In this document: positions 49,475 to 63,491 of the stretch, piece after piece | Layout of the letters: the number at the start of each line of letters is the position of its first letter | Position numbering within the stretch: position 1 is the first letter of the stretch | Source: Vicugna vicugna | Lineage: Eukaryota | Length of the DNA: 64,000 nt | Direction of reading: 5' to 3' | NCBI GenBank assembly: GCA_013265495.1 | Contig: MU058233.1 | Location: forward strand, 657,038 to 721,037 | Program-made: the position numbers and the translations under genes | Notes under the pieces: generated by a model | What the model saw: only the letters and a program-made list of their open reading frames with translations | Database searches by the model: none | Told to the model about the DNA's origin: nothing

Positions 49475-50464
49475 CTTCAAAGAAAAACACCACAAGGTAG
49501 AAAGGTGCTAGGTGCCAAGCACCAAGTACAGACAGCCAGTCTCTGAGGCCACGAGGGTGAAGGTCACTGAAACAGTGCCGGTCCCCAGGAGGGCCGCTCC
49601 CCAGGATCCCTCCACGCAGGGCCTCACTGCCCACCCTCACAGCTTCTCCAGGTTCTGTGTGACTAAGAGGGGCTGGTCAACAGCCCAGAAGTCAGTGCTC
49701 TTCACCCTGAAGGCCTACACAAATGCTCCCATCAAAGGTGCACCTCCGAGCCCTGAAGGTGGGAGGCCTCATCTGGACGGCAGGGACAGCCAGGGCTGGA
49801 ATCTGCCCACCCAATGAACAGACCGCCTACAGAAGGACACATTTCAGGCCCTGCCTGCTCAGTGCCAGGCTGAACCTGGCCACTTCCAGAAGTGGCACTG
49901 GCAATCCAGCCCGGCCATTTCAGACCTCGAGCACACCCCTTCCAGAGCCAACATGTACGCTCCTGGACCTGCAGGTGCCAGATACAACTGGAAGCTGTGA
50001 GCACTGGGGTTTCAGGGGAAGCCGCCCAGAGCAAAGGCAGGCGCCGTCTGTCGGGCTTTTACTTCAAGGCAACAAATGAACAGACTACCTTGCATTCTCC
50101 CACCTGGGCGGTCCCAGGACACTTCCATGTTATGGGAAAAGAGGGCAAAAATTACTGCACGCCGACTAACGAACACTGAACCTGGGTGCCAGAGGCATTT
50201 GACAAAAGCAGGTGTGGTCCTCACGCTGCCACTCCCTTGGACTCTGTCTCTACTTTTGTCTTCCAAAGTTCACTTCTGACTTACGTTAGCACACATAAAT
50301 CTGGCTTCTTTAAGTATTTTATGCCTCAAATAAATGCATAACTTCAAAATTGCACTGACTTGCGATGGTCTATTCCTAAGCACACTGTAAACAGAACAAA
50401 TGCTTATCTCTACAAGCATTTGTATGTATGCTTAAAAATATATATACATTTTTTAAAATTTCTT

Positions 50465-50610
50465 GGGGGGAGGGTGTAGCTCAGTGGTAGAGTGCCCTCT
50501 TAGCATGCCCGAGATCCTGGGTTCTATCCCCAGTGCCTCCATTGCAAAAATAAATTAAAACAAACAAACAAACAAACCCAATTATCCTCCCCCTAGCTTA
50601 AAAAAATTAA
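50465..50610 (+). mobile_element. tRNA-Ala-derived SINE (Vic-1-like)
   Basis: ggggggagggtgtagctcagtggtagag head and ccaattatcctcccc tail. Confidence 0.88.
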
Positions 50611-51478
50611 TTAAAAAAACCCTTCTATTTTGTGTATTTGTAGACTTAAGATTTTTTGAAAAAAGAGTATTTGATGGGGTTAGTACTTTCCATCCTCTAC
50701 TTGAGAAATCAAGTTTTAATTAATCTACAATATTTTACCTGGGGAAAAAAAAAGGGTGGGGGAATAAAACTCACAGCACAATTCAGAAAGAAGACATGCT
50801 GACTGAGGCACCATCAGCACCCACAGAATTGGTCCTATTAGTCCAAAGCGCTGAGAGCTGGAGCAAAGCGCATTGGAGCAACTTGCCCACCGCTCCTGAA
50901 TGTCTCCAGAGCACGCTGCGGCCCTGGTCACCCTGCAGACCTGGACTGGCCCCTGCTCTCACTCACACTCAATCAGGGGCCAAGGCACTTGCACCCGGGT
51001 AAAATGGAAAGGAGAGGAAAATGTCTCCCCGAAATGGAGGAAATGAGTGTTCTCTGGGAAGCTCTGGGGGTCAAGCAGCTGGAGGAAGGAGCAGCTCCAC
51101 CGGGAAGGTAGCGTGTGCTGTGCTCCGTGCACAGGAGGGATGCATCCCAGGAGGCAGAGGAGCCCGCGTATGGGAGTCTTGAGACCCAGGCAGATATCGA
51201 TATGACAGCAGGGTTCAAATGATGGAAGGTGCCCTCCAAGGAGGTGGTGAGATGTTCTGTATGCAGGAGGCCCCGGGGGAGGGGGTTTAGAGTTAAAAAT
51301 GCTCCAGTGGAGCTTAAAACTCCCTGGGTCAGCTGGTCACGGAAGGCGGGCACTAGACAGGACAGGGTATGGGCTAGACAGGTAGTCAGCGGATTTTGAA
51401 AACACCCTGTGAAATGTAAAACCAATGTAGGGAAAACCATTCCACAGGAGACGCGACCAGCCGCGTCAGGGGCCCTAC

Positions 51479-51681
51479 CTGGATGTGGGCCATCTCGCCC
51501 TGCAGTCTGACCCGGGCCTCCTGGGCCAGGGCAAGCTGCTGCTGGTACCACTGCCGCACATTCTGCAGAGACGAGATTTCGGCCTGGGACGCCTTCAGCT
51601 TGCTGGCCAGCGTTGTGCGCTCCAGCTGCACCTGCTGCAGCTGGCTCTGTAAGGCTGTCATCTGTTGTCGCAGGTCGTGCA
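51479..51681 (-). CDS. GOLGA3: GOLGA3 exon 8
   Basis: AG/GT bounded, 203 nt; VHDLRQQMTALQSQLQQVQLERTTLASKLKASQAEISSLQNVRQWYQQQ...MAHIQ. Confidence 0.95.
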
Positions 51682-53869
51682 CTGAAAGCAAGGAGCACAG
51701 CTGCTCGGACCACCCACACCAGCCGGGAGAGCCAGAGCCTGCACCGACGTTCCGGTCAAAGTCAGAGCAAGAAACACACTAAGCCTTCTCGGTCACAGGA
51801 GCGATGCTCTGCAAAGTCGCAGGGGCATGCGACAGTGAGGACCGACCCACAGGTCCTGGGGGAAACACGGGGTTAGGTTCTGGCCACGTTTCATCACATA
51901 TCATCAATATGTAACCTTGTTTTACCTGTGTTTCTGTTTAAGGAAGACACCTGACTTCCTGTCAGTTCAGTAACACCGAACCGACAGCTGACAGCACTGT
52001 AACTTGTGCCTGAACAAAGCCAAACTAACGTGTGTATTTTTCTCCAAAAAGCACATCACAGCCTTCCTGCACTTAGGAGCACCAGGTGGTGTTTGGGGTT
52101 AACTGTAAAGAGCGAAATGACCCCCAAAAGCACACAAATGCAGAAAGTGTGGCACCAAGTAGACCACAAAAGGCACCCATCTGTGGTGCAGGCGCTGCAC
52201 CGCGAAGGCTGAGCCTCACACATCAGGCGACTCCAGCCCTTCCCTGCTCCGCACCGTGTGCCCGAGACCCTGAAGGAGCTGTACTGACCTGGGGAGTCAA
52301 GTACATTAGGGAATCTGCAAACATGAGGATCGGACGGGGTCCACACCACTACCGGGTGTGGCCTGTGGCTCTAGCCTTTGGCCTGAAGGCATCCACGAAG
52401 CATCCACAAACTCAGGAATGGAATCCTGTTGCTAACTCGGCACTAGAACCCGCTGGTTGGCTGCTACAGTCAACGTTTAGCACTGATGAAGGTGGGGGGA
52501 GGGGGGAGGAGACCGGAGATCTCAGACAACCCAAATCACGGTGCAAACAGAACCAAAGACTGAAAGGGAGAATTGCACCAAATACTGAAGAAAGCATTTA
52601 CAAGTCTGATGACAGTTTCCAAAGATTTAAAAGAAAACAAAACAAACACCATAGGAACCCCGACCCCTGCTCCGAATTCTTGGGGACAGCTGTGGCTCAG
52701 GGTTCAGAGTCGTGGGACTCGACATCAGCCTGCACCCCCGTCCACCACGGGGCAGGCCCTCTGCGTGAGGCAGGGGGAGGCTCACCCCGTGCTCAGTGAG
52801 GCCCGCGCTGCTGCCTGTTGGGCTCTGGTCAGGCCAGGTCTGGCCACCCAGAGTGACCCAGTGACTCTGGAGGTCAGCTCTTCCTGCTTTTATCACTTTC
52901 TTAAGGGACTAGGCATTGTAAAATGCCCAGAGACTAAAAACCACTGGCTGCTTTATTTCCCACTGGCCCTTTCTCCTCCTGGTATCAGGATAAAGCTCCT
53001 GTGACAGTTTGCGACTTTCACGTCATCAGATCTGAAAGCCAGCCTCACCAGCCTCCCAGTCGAGACCCCACACTGGCAGATGCAGGTCTTCACAGCAGCC
53101 CCTCTGCACCACTCTCACCTCCCAGACACCCAGAGCTCTGGGACAAGACTGTCGCCTGTCCAGCCTGCACTGGGGGAGCAGGGCCTGGGCTGACTGTACA
53201 CCGCTGGGCTCCCACCATGACTCTCCCCACCCCGACTCCCCGACCTCCCCCTCCCGTCAGCAGACACCATGAGCCTGCAGACGACCCGACCAGGTGCGGA
53301 GCATGGACTCTAGGGGTGGAGCACGTGTCCCCAGGACGAGAAGCAGGCGTGAGGGAAGGGCCACATAGGTTCTCCATGCTTGGCCTGCCACCAGGTTCCC
53401 TGACTCCCCTGTTCCAGTGGCCTACCATTCCAGGGGTGGTTCCCACAGGGGTCCAGCTAGACCCCAAATCTGAACTTATGTGAGGAAAAATAAAGTCCAC
53501 AGTCTAAGTGTTGCTTTAAATATTTTAAATAGCATTTGCAATTCTGTGGCATAAGCAGGAGCTCCAGCCCCCAAACAACAATGGCCTGGGAAGGCAGGAT
53601 GAGGGGGAACGATTACTACTGACAGACAATCCAGCTCTAAGACCCATGGCATCCCCTTGACGTGCGTGCAAAACCAGGAAGATTTCCAGGAGCGCAACCA
53701 AAACCAAGGCAAGTGGCCACATCATGTATGAATCGGAGGGACTACAAGCCCCTACGACAAGACATGACAAGAGCTCAGTCCCCAATGCAGAGCGATGCAC
53801 CCACCCCAGGCCACGGCCCCCAGGCCCCCGAACGGGACCGAGGACAGAGGCAGACGCAGGACCACGCAC

Positions 53870-54176
53870 CTGTGTTGTCCTTGCTGAGGATGCTTCTCTG
53901 CATCTCCTCCACTTTGGCCATCAGTCTTTGGTACTGCTCCTCTGCCACCTGCAGGTCGCTGTTGGAGGACGCCAGGCTGGCATTCTTGGCTTCCAGCATG
54001 TTCTGCAGGTCGGTCATTGCCTGCTCTAGGTCCCAGCAAGACTGCTTTAAGGTGTCAACCTCCGAGCTGAGTGAGTCCTGCCTCTGCTGGCTGCTGTGGC
54101 TGAACTCCACCTGTGCCTGGAGCCTCGTGCTCAGGGCAGCAAGCTGTGCCTGCAGCTCTGCCTTCTCTTTAAGTGC
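53870..54176 (-). CDS. GOLGA3: GOLGA3 exon 7
   Basis: AG/GT bounded, 307 nt; ALKEKAELQAQLAALSTRLQAQVE...ILSKDNT. Confidence 0.95.
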
Positions 54177-54754
54177 CTGGAAAGATCCCCAAAGAGCCAC
54201 ACTGACTTCCAGAAAAATAAGTCACTTCCACCTCACTTTTCACGCAGGCCAAAACACAGCCAGGGAGACAAAGAAAGGTGTCTGACAGGTGGACTTTGCA
54301 GGAAAGCACCATGATTTCCAAAATATGCAGTCACTCCAGCAAGACAGTCATCCCAAGAGACGGGGTTTCTCCGCATAGGCCCAAGAGGCAGGAGGGGTCA
54401 CTACAGAATCTGCAAAGGGCAGGGCCACCACCCACCCTACAGTCATCCTACTGGGGTCTGCAGAGCAATTCCAAAATGCAGAGAGTGGCAGAATGTCACT
54501 CATCGACACCCATCAGGAGAAAACCAACCTCGTAAAGACAAGCGACAAACTCAACACACAGAATAACAAAAACCCAAAGAAAATGCGTGAAATGAGCCAA
54601 TGCAATGAGGTTAAGATTTTTCCACTAAGAGTAAATTAGTATCTTCATAGACATGCCAGAAAGTTTGGCACCCTTACCAATCCACAAAGATCCTGGTTTA
54701 GATGCAAGTGAAGAGCAAATCAAATCCCAAGAGGATAAGAAAGTAAAGCAAAAG

Positions 54755-55320
54755 TACCCTCAACTATTTACAACAGCCAAGACGTGGAAGCACCTAAATG
54801 TCCATGGACAGATGGCTGGATACAGAAGCTGTGGTATGTTTAGACAATGGAATACTACTCAGCCATAAAAAGAGTGAAATGCCATTTGCAGCAACATGGA
54901 CAGACGTGGAGAACATCATTCTAAGTGAAGCCAGAAAAACAAAGAAAAATACCATATGATACCACTCATACATGGAATCTTAAAAAAAAAAAGAAAAGAA
55001 AAAAAAGGACACTAATGGACTCATCTACGAAACAGAAACAGACTCGCAGATACAGTAAACAGTCTTATGGTTACCAGGGGAAAGAGAAGGAAGGGAAAAA
55101 TTTGGGCGTTTGAGACTGCAAATGTTCACCACTATATATAAAAACAGATAAAAAATCAATCTTCTGTATAGCACAGGGAACTACATTCAATATCTTTAAT
55201 AACCTTTAATGAAAAGGAATATGAAAATGCATCTATGTATGTATACACATGACTGAGACATGATGCTATACACCAGAAACTGACACACTGTAACTGACTA
55301 TACTTCAATTAAAAAAAAAA
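54755..55320 (+). mobile_element. LINE-1 3' fragment
   Basis: ctatttacaacagccaagacgtggaagcacctaaatgtcca ... actgactatacttcaattaaaaaaaaaa. Confidence 0.92.
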
Positions 55321-55821
55321 ACCACCTAAATAAAGAGCACACTCAGGTTCTTAGATTGTTTGGGGATCAAATGTAGACAAACTGGAAATGCATCTGACAA
55401 GGTCACATTCTAAAGGAGGACAGAAAGCGAAAATAATGTACAACCAAAGTGCACCTTGACACCTCAGTTGTCATCTCTTCAGTCGGGAGTTCTGTGTACG
55501 TGGAGTCAGGGGTCTGTGTCCCAGGACTGAGTGCACAGAAAAAGCCACAACACGAGAAGCACACTGAGCAGAGCAAGCTCTTGTGGGTGAGAGCGGCTCC
55601 CCTCCCTGGCCCAACAAAGGAACACTCCTGCTGCCTCACTGCCTTGCTGTGCCCTGGGCCGTCTCCTGTTCTCCATGCCAGATGTGGGAAGTCAAAGGCA
55701 ACTGAACTGATTTACTCTAACTGCGGATGGGAAAACTGAAAATTAAGGGATGGAAAATGATTTTTCAGGTGTATGCTAACCAGAGAAAGCAAAACTCCTA
55801 TTATAAAAAGAAAAAAGGGGC

Positions 55822-55945
55822 GGGGGAGGGAGGGTAGAGCTCATGCTTAGCACGCACCAGGTCCTGGGTGCAACCCCCAGCACATCTGTTAAAAATAAAT
55901 AAATAAATAAGCCTGATTACCTCCCCCTGCCAGAAAACTGTTAAA
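55822..55945 (+). mobile_element. tRNA-Ala-derived SINE (Vic-1-like), A-box deleted
   Basis: ggtagagctcatgcttagcacgcaccaggtcctgggtgcaacccc plus gattacctccccc tail. Confidence 0.82.
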
Positions 55946-56313
55946 AATTTTTTTTCTTTAAAAAATAAAAAAAGTATGGCAACTGTACCAGGCAAGAAAC
56001 AGGTGAAATCCACCAAAAAGATTTAACTGTATGGATTAACAGCTCAACTAGGAACTATTCCAGGCAGATCCTGAGAGAGAGACACGGAGAAACGGAACCA
56101 CGCGCAGTCAGAGTGGGAAACCGACACCTCCTCCTCTGGGGCTGACAAATCTAGCAGACAAAAGGTGAGGACATGGGAGGCTCGGCTGCGGCCACTGCTC
56201 TGACACAGCGCCTTCCTACAGACATGTGGAAAGCTCTGGCCCCGGCCACCTGGAATGGCACGTTATTTTCAAAGACGTGGGACAGTCACACACACCCATC
56301 AAATGTCCCTTAC

Positions 56314-56425
56314 CTGACTAGCCTCTAACGATAAAGCTTCCAGCTGTCCTTCGAGTCTCATCTTCTCCTTAAGAACCTGCAACATTTCATCTTGCGTTTC
56401 GGCCACAGAGCTTTCCATGGATGCA
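56314..56425 (-). CDS. GOLGA3: GOLGA3 exon 6
   Basis: AG/GT bounded, 112 nt; ASMESSVAETQDEMLQVLKEKMRLEGQLEALSLEASQ (read manually). Confidence 0.94.
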
Positions 56426-56738
56426 CTGGAAGAAAAGGCACGAGGGATCAGGGGGTGGGGATGTGACTGTTCTCTCCCCGGAACACTTGTCTACGCCTTC
56501 CAGATTCCACACCCTCTGCTCCCCTCCCCCAATTATTAAAAAGTAAACAAGTAAAAAGATTTAGAGGCAGGTCTGCACACATCCTGGAAGACAGGCTCTT
56601 TTAACACTGCAGATGGTGACACATTAGATCAAACTCTGTTTCTCACAAAGCAGCGGGGGCCTGTGCACATGAAACATTAAAGGCGAGGGAGGAGTCCCGG
56701 CGGCTGGGGGCGGCGCGGGCGGCGCCGGCGGCGCCCAC

Positions 56739-57397
56739 CTGCTGCAGATGCTGTCGGCGCGGCTGCGCGTCTCCCCATTGACCTCCTGCCTCCGGTCTTG
56801 GTGCTCGGCGGCTGCAGCCTGGAGGACGTCCGCGATGGAGGGGAACTGGCCCAGGGCGCTGGCAGCAATCTCCTGGCCATGGACCACGTAGGGGGCCTCG
56901 CGAGCTCCCGCGCTGCGCCCCAGGTGGCCGAGTGCCCCCAGGGCGGAGGCACCGCTGCAGGAGGAGCTGTCGCTCTCATTCCCGTCTGCCTCAGATGCGT
57001 TGTCCCCTGTCAGGGCCGCCTCCTCCAGGCGGTCGTCCACCTCGGGGCGCAGGCTGATCTCGGACACCACGGATGCCCCGCTGCTTCGGTTCTGCTTCAG
57101 GGAACCCCTGGCAGAGTCTGCAGCCGGGACATCTCCACCAGAATTCCGACTGTCTGAATCTTCAGTTCTGTAATCAGCCAGAGACCGAATTTTGCTTGAT
57201 TTGGCACTTTTTTTCTCCTTAGGATGTGCCAAGAGCCCTAAGCTGCCCACCTTCGGCCCCCGGGGGACACTGGTGCGCAGGAAGGAATATTCTTTTGTCA
57301 TAGCCACAGCACTGGCCCTTGGTAAGGTTTCAGGGTTCAACATGAGTTCAGGATCAAGTGTGCTGAAAAGTCTTGTTTTAGTTACAGGCTGAACGGA
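56739..57397 (-). CDS. GOLGA3: GOLGA3 exon 5 (head domain)
   Basis: AG/GT bounded, 659 nt; TKTRLFSTLDPELMLNPETLPRA...KEYSFLRTSVPRGPKVGSLG...RADSICS. Confidence 0.95.
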
Positions 57398-58789
57398 CTG
57401 AAAAGGAAACAGAAGTACAATAATTACGTTTAAAATTGACAAGCAGCATTTCGAAATTGCCAGCCAGAAAGGCCGCACCAATCATATAAACAGAGCGCGC
57501 CCTCCCACCCCGTGCCCTCACCACAGCAACCCCACCCAGGCCTTGAATCCTTCATGACCTCACTGCCTCCACATGGAGTCCCAGTGCCTGTCTGAGCACA
57601 CACCTCTCCTGACTCTGACCTGATACCATTTTAAAACATCTATTAATAGAGCAATGCCTTCCTCATCATACCTCCTTTATAAAATTTTCCTGGCTATTCT
57701 CCCATATTTCTACTTTTCATAAAAAAAAAGAAAAAGAAAAAATTTTCTTCAAGTTAAAAAAGTCTTGCTGAATTAGAACTACCTTAAATTCACAATTACG
57801 TAGGGGTACCGAGCTGCTTCCCGGCATTTACTCATACCTGCTTGCAGGCCCCTCAGACAAGGAAGTTAGGTAGTGCTTGTCTAGATTCTAAACCATTTTC
57901 GTTACAACTTTAATGCAATTCTTAGATATTCTATCATTTTGTTGGCAGCATAAGTATTATTGTCTCCCACTCATGGTGAAACTTGTTATGAGGATAACTA
58001 CTGATTTTTCATATTTGTATTTAAACTGACAATTTTCAGCCCTCAATTATTTTAATGTTTTATAATATCTTTATAACTTTATAATAATAGCAAATTTTCA
58101 GTTGATCCTCTAGAGGTTTTCCAAAGTGTCACCAACACCTGCAAATAATAATATTTTTCCTCTTTCTCAGTATTTGTATCTCTCATCTCTTTTTCTTACA
58201 TCCTGTTGGCTAGAACTTCCCAGGTGGGCTTGAACGAGGCTGGGGAGGAAGGAAGGCGGTGCCTCTTGGCGCTGAATCAAGTGACTCTCCCTCACAGATT
58301 AATGTTCAGCCCTGTGTTATTCTACAAAGTCGATGCGGTTCCAAAGGGGCCGGGGGGTGAGTGTCTCGAAATGATGCTGAGGTGCAACAAGAAGGATAAA
58401 CGTGCATGAGCGAGAAAGAGCACGGGGCGTGGGGCGGCAGAGGGACAGGGCCTCCCAGACGCCAGCGCACACGGTGAGGCTGCCGTAAGGAGATCCACTG
58501 AGAATCAGAAAAGCCGCAGGCAGGGGAGACACACAACACAGCCCAGAACCCAGCCCAAGGGCAGGCAGGGCTGCAGACATTTAAGAAGCACCGCAGTAAG
58601 GCAGCGTTCCGCCCAGCGGGGAAACGACAGACGACGCAGCAAGCAGCCTGAGAGAACCGACCAGCTGCCCACAGAGGCTCGTTCCCACCTCCCGCCTCTG
58701 TCCAGTCAGCTTCACGAAGGAAAAACACAACTCTACTTTTTATACCATCTCTTACTTTTAGTACAACGAGAAAACACTGGTGAATTCAT

Positions 58790-59530
58790 TCACAGCCTTC
58801 AAGCAGGGAGATCCTCTTCAATATGACATGAACCCCCAAAGAAGTAACAGCAAAGACTGAAAACTTTGAAACATTCAAAATCGATGTGCAGCAAAAAAAT
58901 ATACAAGAAAGAAAGAAAGAAAGACAAACAGCAGAAAATAAATGAATAATAAATTAAAAAATAGGGGGGAAAATGCCAGAAATCAAAAGATATGGCAAAC
59001 TGAGAAAAAAATTATTTGCAACAAAGACTGAAAAAGGATCACTTCCTTGTATATAGCACCTACGCAGTAAAAAGATAACCAAGAGGAAAGCGGACAAGGG
59101 CTGACAGACACCCAGACAGCCAATATGTAAAGAGTGCCTACTGTTAGGAAGGACTGTTTTTTCCACCTATCAGGGAACAAAAATTCAATCCTGTTACTTC
59201 TCACGCTACCAAGGATGAGAAAGCTAACAGTCTTACACGCTGCTCACCAGAACGTAAACCGGTCCAGCCTATTTGGAGGGTGGCATGTATCAAGTGATAA
59301 ATAGGTAAGATCTTTTACTCAAGAATTTGACGGTGAAGGATTTACCCACAGAAGTACACCAAGACACAAAACGTTCACTGTGGCACTGTTTGCAATTTCA
59401 AAAAATTAGGAACAGCCTAAATGCCGGTCACTGTGTGTTGGTTACGGCAATGCTAGTCCACACACGGTTACAGAGGATGAGGTCAGTCTCTGTGCTGATG
59501 GAGAAGGCGTTCAGGACAGGTCAGTGACAA
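58790..59530 (+). mobile_element. Old, degraded LINE-1 fragment
   Basis: Residual ORF2 and 3' motifs (aaaattatttgcaac, cacctatcag, gttcactgtggcactgtttgcaat); edges approximate. Confidence 0.55.
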
Positions 59531-59995
59531 AGGTCATGTGAAGAACAGTGCAGATGGTTAGTAACAATATGAAAACGAATCCACACATGTATACACACGA
59601 CTGGGACACCAAGAAACTGACACACTGTAACTGACTATACTTCAATTAAAAAAAAAAAAGGACAGGGCAGACGGGGTGCTTGTCCTGCATACAAATCATC
59701 ATGGCCTAACGTGACAGCACACGCAGAGCTGTTCTCAGAGCACGTACGAGGCTACAAACACGGGGGCACTTGTACTCAGCGTCTGTATCATTCAGACATG
59801 AGGCCTGCAGTACATTTCTCATGCTAAGGAAACAGTCCTAAAGAAAGACCCTTCTACTCCTAGTTTGTTTTCGTGTGTTTGCTTCGTATTTCTTGAATCA
59901 AAAATTCTGAATTTTATCAGACACCTTATGAGATGATCATGAGTCTTTTCACAGGGACCAACCATTATAATGAGTTCTATCAACAGATTTTGAAC

Positions 59996-60125
59996 TGGGG
60001 GGAGGGTAGAGCATATGTTTAGCATGCATGAGGTCCTAGGTTCAATCCCCAGTGCCTCCATTAAAAATAAATAAACCTAATTACCTCCACACCCCACGGA
60101 AAAAAAAATACAATTTAAGAAAAAA
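59996..60125 (+). mobile_element. tRNA-Ala-derived SINE (Vic-1-like), A-box deleted
   Basis: B-box ggttcaatcc, acctaattacctcc tail, agattttgaa on both sides. Confidence 0.87.
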
Positions 60126-61156
60126 CCAGATTTTGAATTAACTATACTCTTAAAAGAAACCCTCACTCGTCAATCTAATATAGATTAGCCCATAAGTCAC
60201 CAGGCGCACTGACTGGTCACGATCACAGCAGAGGGGGCACAGCTCTGTGCTCAGACAGGCAGGTTCACATCCCAGCTCGGCCGCTGGCACCGCTGACTCC
60301 GGCGGTCACTTCAGCTCTGAGCTCCCCCAGGTTGTGGGGGCACTGACACCCGCCCTGCAGACACTGGTCTGCACTCGGCCTTGGCAGGCCCTGCCCCGAG
60401 GGTGTCCAGAGCACCTGGCAGCTGGGCCTGCCTCCCTCAGCGTGGGGGCGGTGGGGCAAGAGGGCCTGTCAGTTGGGCAGAAGGGGTGTGATGAGTGCAG
60501 CAGTTTGAGGGAAGTTATTCTACTGAGCCTAAGACTGTTTACATATATGTGTGTATACACACACACACGGTGTTTAAAGATGGGAAATGATGTTGAAGTG
60601 CACACTGAACTCCTGACTCGCTGACCGATCGATGTTGGATGACCCGGCAGAGCTAGGGACTTCCAGTGCAAGGCTCTGGGAAGCAGGCAGCGGACGGGTC
60701 TTGGCACAGACAGACACCGGCAGGTCTGTATCTCAGCTCTGCACTTCACTGCTGAGCGACGTCCGGCAACTTCCTTGCCCATCCAGCCTCAGGAGGAAGT
60801 CCAGGGGGAATGTAACCCAGGGCCTAGCGCACGTCATCGCTGACCACTGACCATCGTTGTGACTCTTCCCGGCAGGCCACAGGGACAGACCCCTAGAGCC
60901 CCAGACCAGGTGGGAGCCTCTGTCAGCTGAGCGTCCGTTTACGTGGCCTCCAGAGCAGTGACACCCGCAAAGCCAAGGTTCTCTCTTGGGAAAACCAGCG
61001 GCCAGCCCTGATGAGGACTTGTCACTCTAGATCATTCACTGAGGGCGTTTTTTTTTAAAGTAAGCTTAGCTTTAAATCATTTGCAAACTCCCAAGCCCAC
61101 GGAAAAGTTGAGTGAACAGCAATACCTCCCTTTCCTAGAGTCACTTGATGTGATTT

Positions 61157-61316
61157 TTTTTAATCCAGGATTTTTAGTTTTTCCTTTTTTGGGGGGGAGG
61201 GGAGGAATTAAGTTTGTTTGTTTGTTTGATTGATTTTTAATGGAGGGACTGGGGTGTACAGCCAGGACCTCGTGCACGCTGCGCACGTGCTTTACCACTG
61301 AGCCCTACCTCCCCCT
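61157..61316 (-). mobile_element. tRNA-Ala-derived SINE (Vic-1-like)
   Basis: Reverse-complement copy with ttgatgtgattt on both sides. Confidence 0.85.
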
Positions 61317-61790
61317 CTTTGATGTGATTTAGAAGACTGCATGCACTAGTGACCCAACGAGTCTTATGAAGAACACTGACTTCAGCCTTGCCTGTGGACA
61401 CACTTAGCAGACGTGTGTCACCTGGCGTGTGTTCCAACGCTGTCCAGCAGCGCCCGGTAGAAACTGTAGTGCTTATTCAATAAAGGAAACCTCGGACTGG
61501 CTGCTCGAGGACTGAGAGCAATTACACCCAAGTATTTGCTGTCTCTGCTTTTCCCACGGGAGACTTAGAAATAAACTACGCTTGTTTCAAGGGAAGAAGG
61601 ACCGGGCGGGGCGGGAACCCTGTGGAATCTCCCCAAAGGGTGGGAACCACGCGAGAAGAAGGATCTTTCCCAAGAAGCACACAAGCCCTCCCCAGCAGAG
61701 AGAAATAACAGCAGATCTGGGAGTTTCGTGTGGCCAACTACTGTTTTCACACATCAGGTTCTCCAGCAGCTCGCTGGGGAGGAGACTCAC

Positions 61791-61903
61791 CCTTTCCTGC
61801 TGGTGCTTCACTCTGTACTGTTTGAGCTGCTCTTCCAGCCGTTTCCGAGCCTGAAGTCGGACCTGCTCCTCCTTCTCCAGGGGCAGAGAAGCCTCTGTGG
61901 AGC
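61791..61903 (-). CDS. GOLGA3: GOLGA3 exon 4; upstream exons lie beyond the window end
   Basis: AG/GT bounded, 113 nt; STEASLPLEKEEQVRLQARKRLEEQLKQYRVKHQQER. Confidence 0.94.
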
Positions 61904-62830
61904 CTGTTGGGGGGAAAAGGCCATTAAGAAACTCATCATGCACCAGGGCACAGAGGACAAATCAGCACAGCAGCTTGGCTGTTGTGTGTTTTATTACCAA
62001 TATGATTTAGCATCTAAACCACACACAGCTGTCCAGTTTGCAAGGACTTTTCCAGATGGACAGAAGACTGTGGGCCTTGGACACGGGCCCCACCTGGTAG
62101 AAGCCCCACCGGCCAAGCACAGGGGCTGTGCTCACACTACAAGCACGTCACTTCCCACGGGCACCCAGCTGGGAAAGCGGGACACCGGCCACTTGTGCCC
62201 TGCAGCAACGAAGGACCTGGGTCTGAAGTGCGTGCCTCGGTAAGCAGGCTCAGGCTCACACCACGTCCCCAACCTCTCCCTGCCATCCTGGACGAACGTG
62301 GGACGGAATTACAGCCAATGGTGGGGAAGGCACACGCCTGCCACACCTGCCTTCTCTCTGCCGTGAGACTGGGATGTCACCTGACCCACGGCTCATCCAA
62401 CTCCTGCAACAGTGAGTCACACTAAGGTTTTGTAAAATCAAGAGAGCACGTACAAGCCATGCTCAGACATTCCTCAGGAAGGAATAAAACTGTTCAGGGA
62501 CACCTTCAGGACTCCCTGTGGAGCAAAGGCCAAGGAGGCAGCCCTCAGAGGCCTGGGCTGTGCTCCAGGACAGGAGGGGAGCTATCTCCACAACTTTCTG
62601 GCTAATAACAGAATTTAAAACACCTAAAACCAAGCCTTTTATTTGGGGTAATACAAGCGCTGAACAGTGAGTGACAGGTGTAACCAGCACAGGCAGCCTT
62701 CACACACAGCAGGGCGAGTATGGACACGACCACTAGGATGCAGCTGAGAATGGAGAAATGTCATCATTTAACCACTTTAAAGGTGGCATCATCTTTGAAT
62801 GTGGATTCCAGGAGACAAGCAGCTGTTGTT

Positions 62831-62991
62831 ATATTTAAGTAATACAAATTCATGTTTTTATTTTTAATTAAAAAAATTGGGGGGAGGGTAGGCAATTAGG
62901 TTTACTTATTTATTTAACAGAGGTACTGGGGATTGAACCCAGGACTTCGTGTGTGCTAAGCACGCGCTCTACCACTGCGCTACACCTTCCC
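62831..62991 (-). mobile_element. tRNA-Ala-derived SINE (Vic-1-like)
   Basis: Reverse-complement copy with aag(c/a)agctgttgtt on both sides. Confidence 0.88.
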
Positions 62992-63491
62992 TGCAAGAAG
63001 CTGTTGTTTTAAATAAACCCTAAAACCTGAACAGTTGCCAAGAATTTCACTAGGAATTTAGCAAGGTCATTACTGATTTGTGCATTTATCACTGAAAAGA
63101 CCTTTAATGCTTTTCATGACCCTAAATGGTTCAGATGGCAGAAACCAAGGGGCCTGCCGCCTCCGGCATGGAACCTAGATCAGCAAACGCAACAACAGAG
63201 GCACAGCTTCAGGGCTGGGGTGAGGAGGGACACTCCCAGGAGGGGCGGCAGGTAGGACAGGTGAGCCATGGGGGCACCTGGGGCCGGGGCACCCAAATCC
63301 CTCACCTTCATGTGAGGGCTTGACTTACAAGGTAACACTCAGCTTACAGAAATTTGTAAAACACGCTGTGGCCCTAACAAGATAATGCCTGTGAAGAAAA
63401 AGTCAAATAATCTGAAAGAAAAATGGGCCAACACATGCAGACAGTTCACAGGAGAGAATGGCCAAATGGCCAACAGATAAAGAGATGCTCA

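Noticed and set aside
52086..52799. 237-aa plus-strand ORF in a GOLGA3 intron
   Set aside because: Non-ATG start, no recognisable homology, and no promoter or polyA support.
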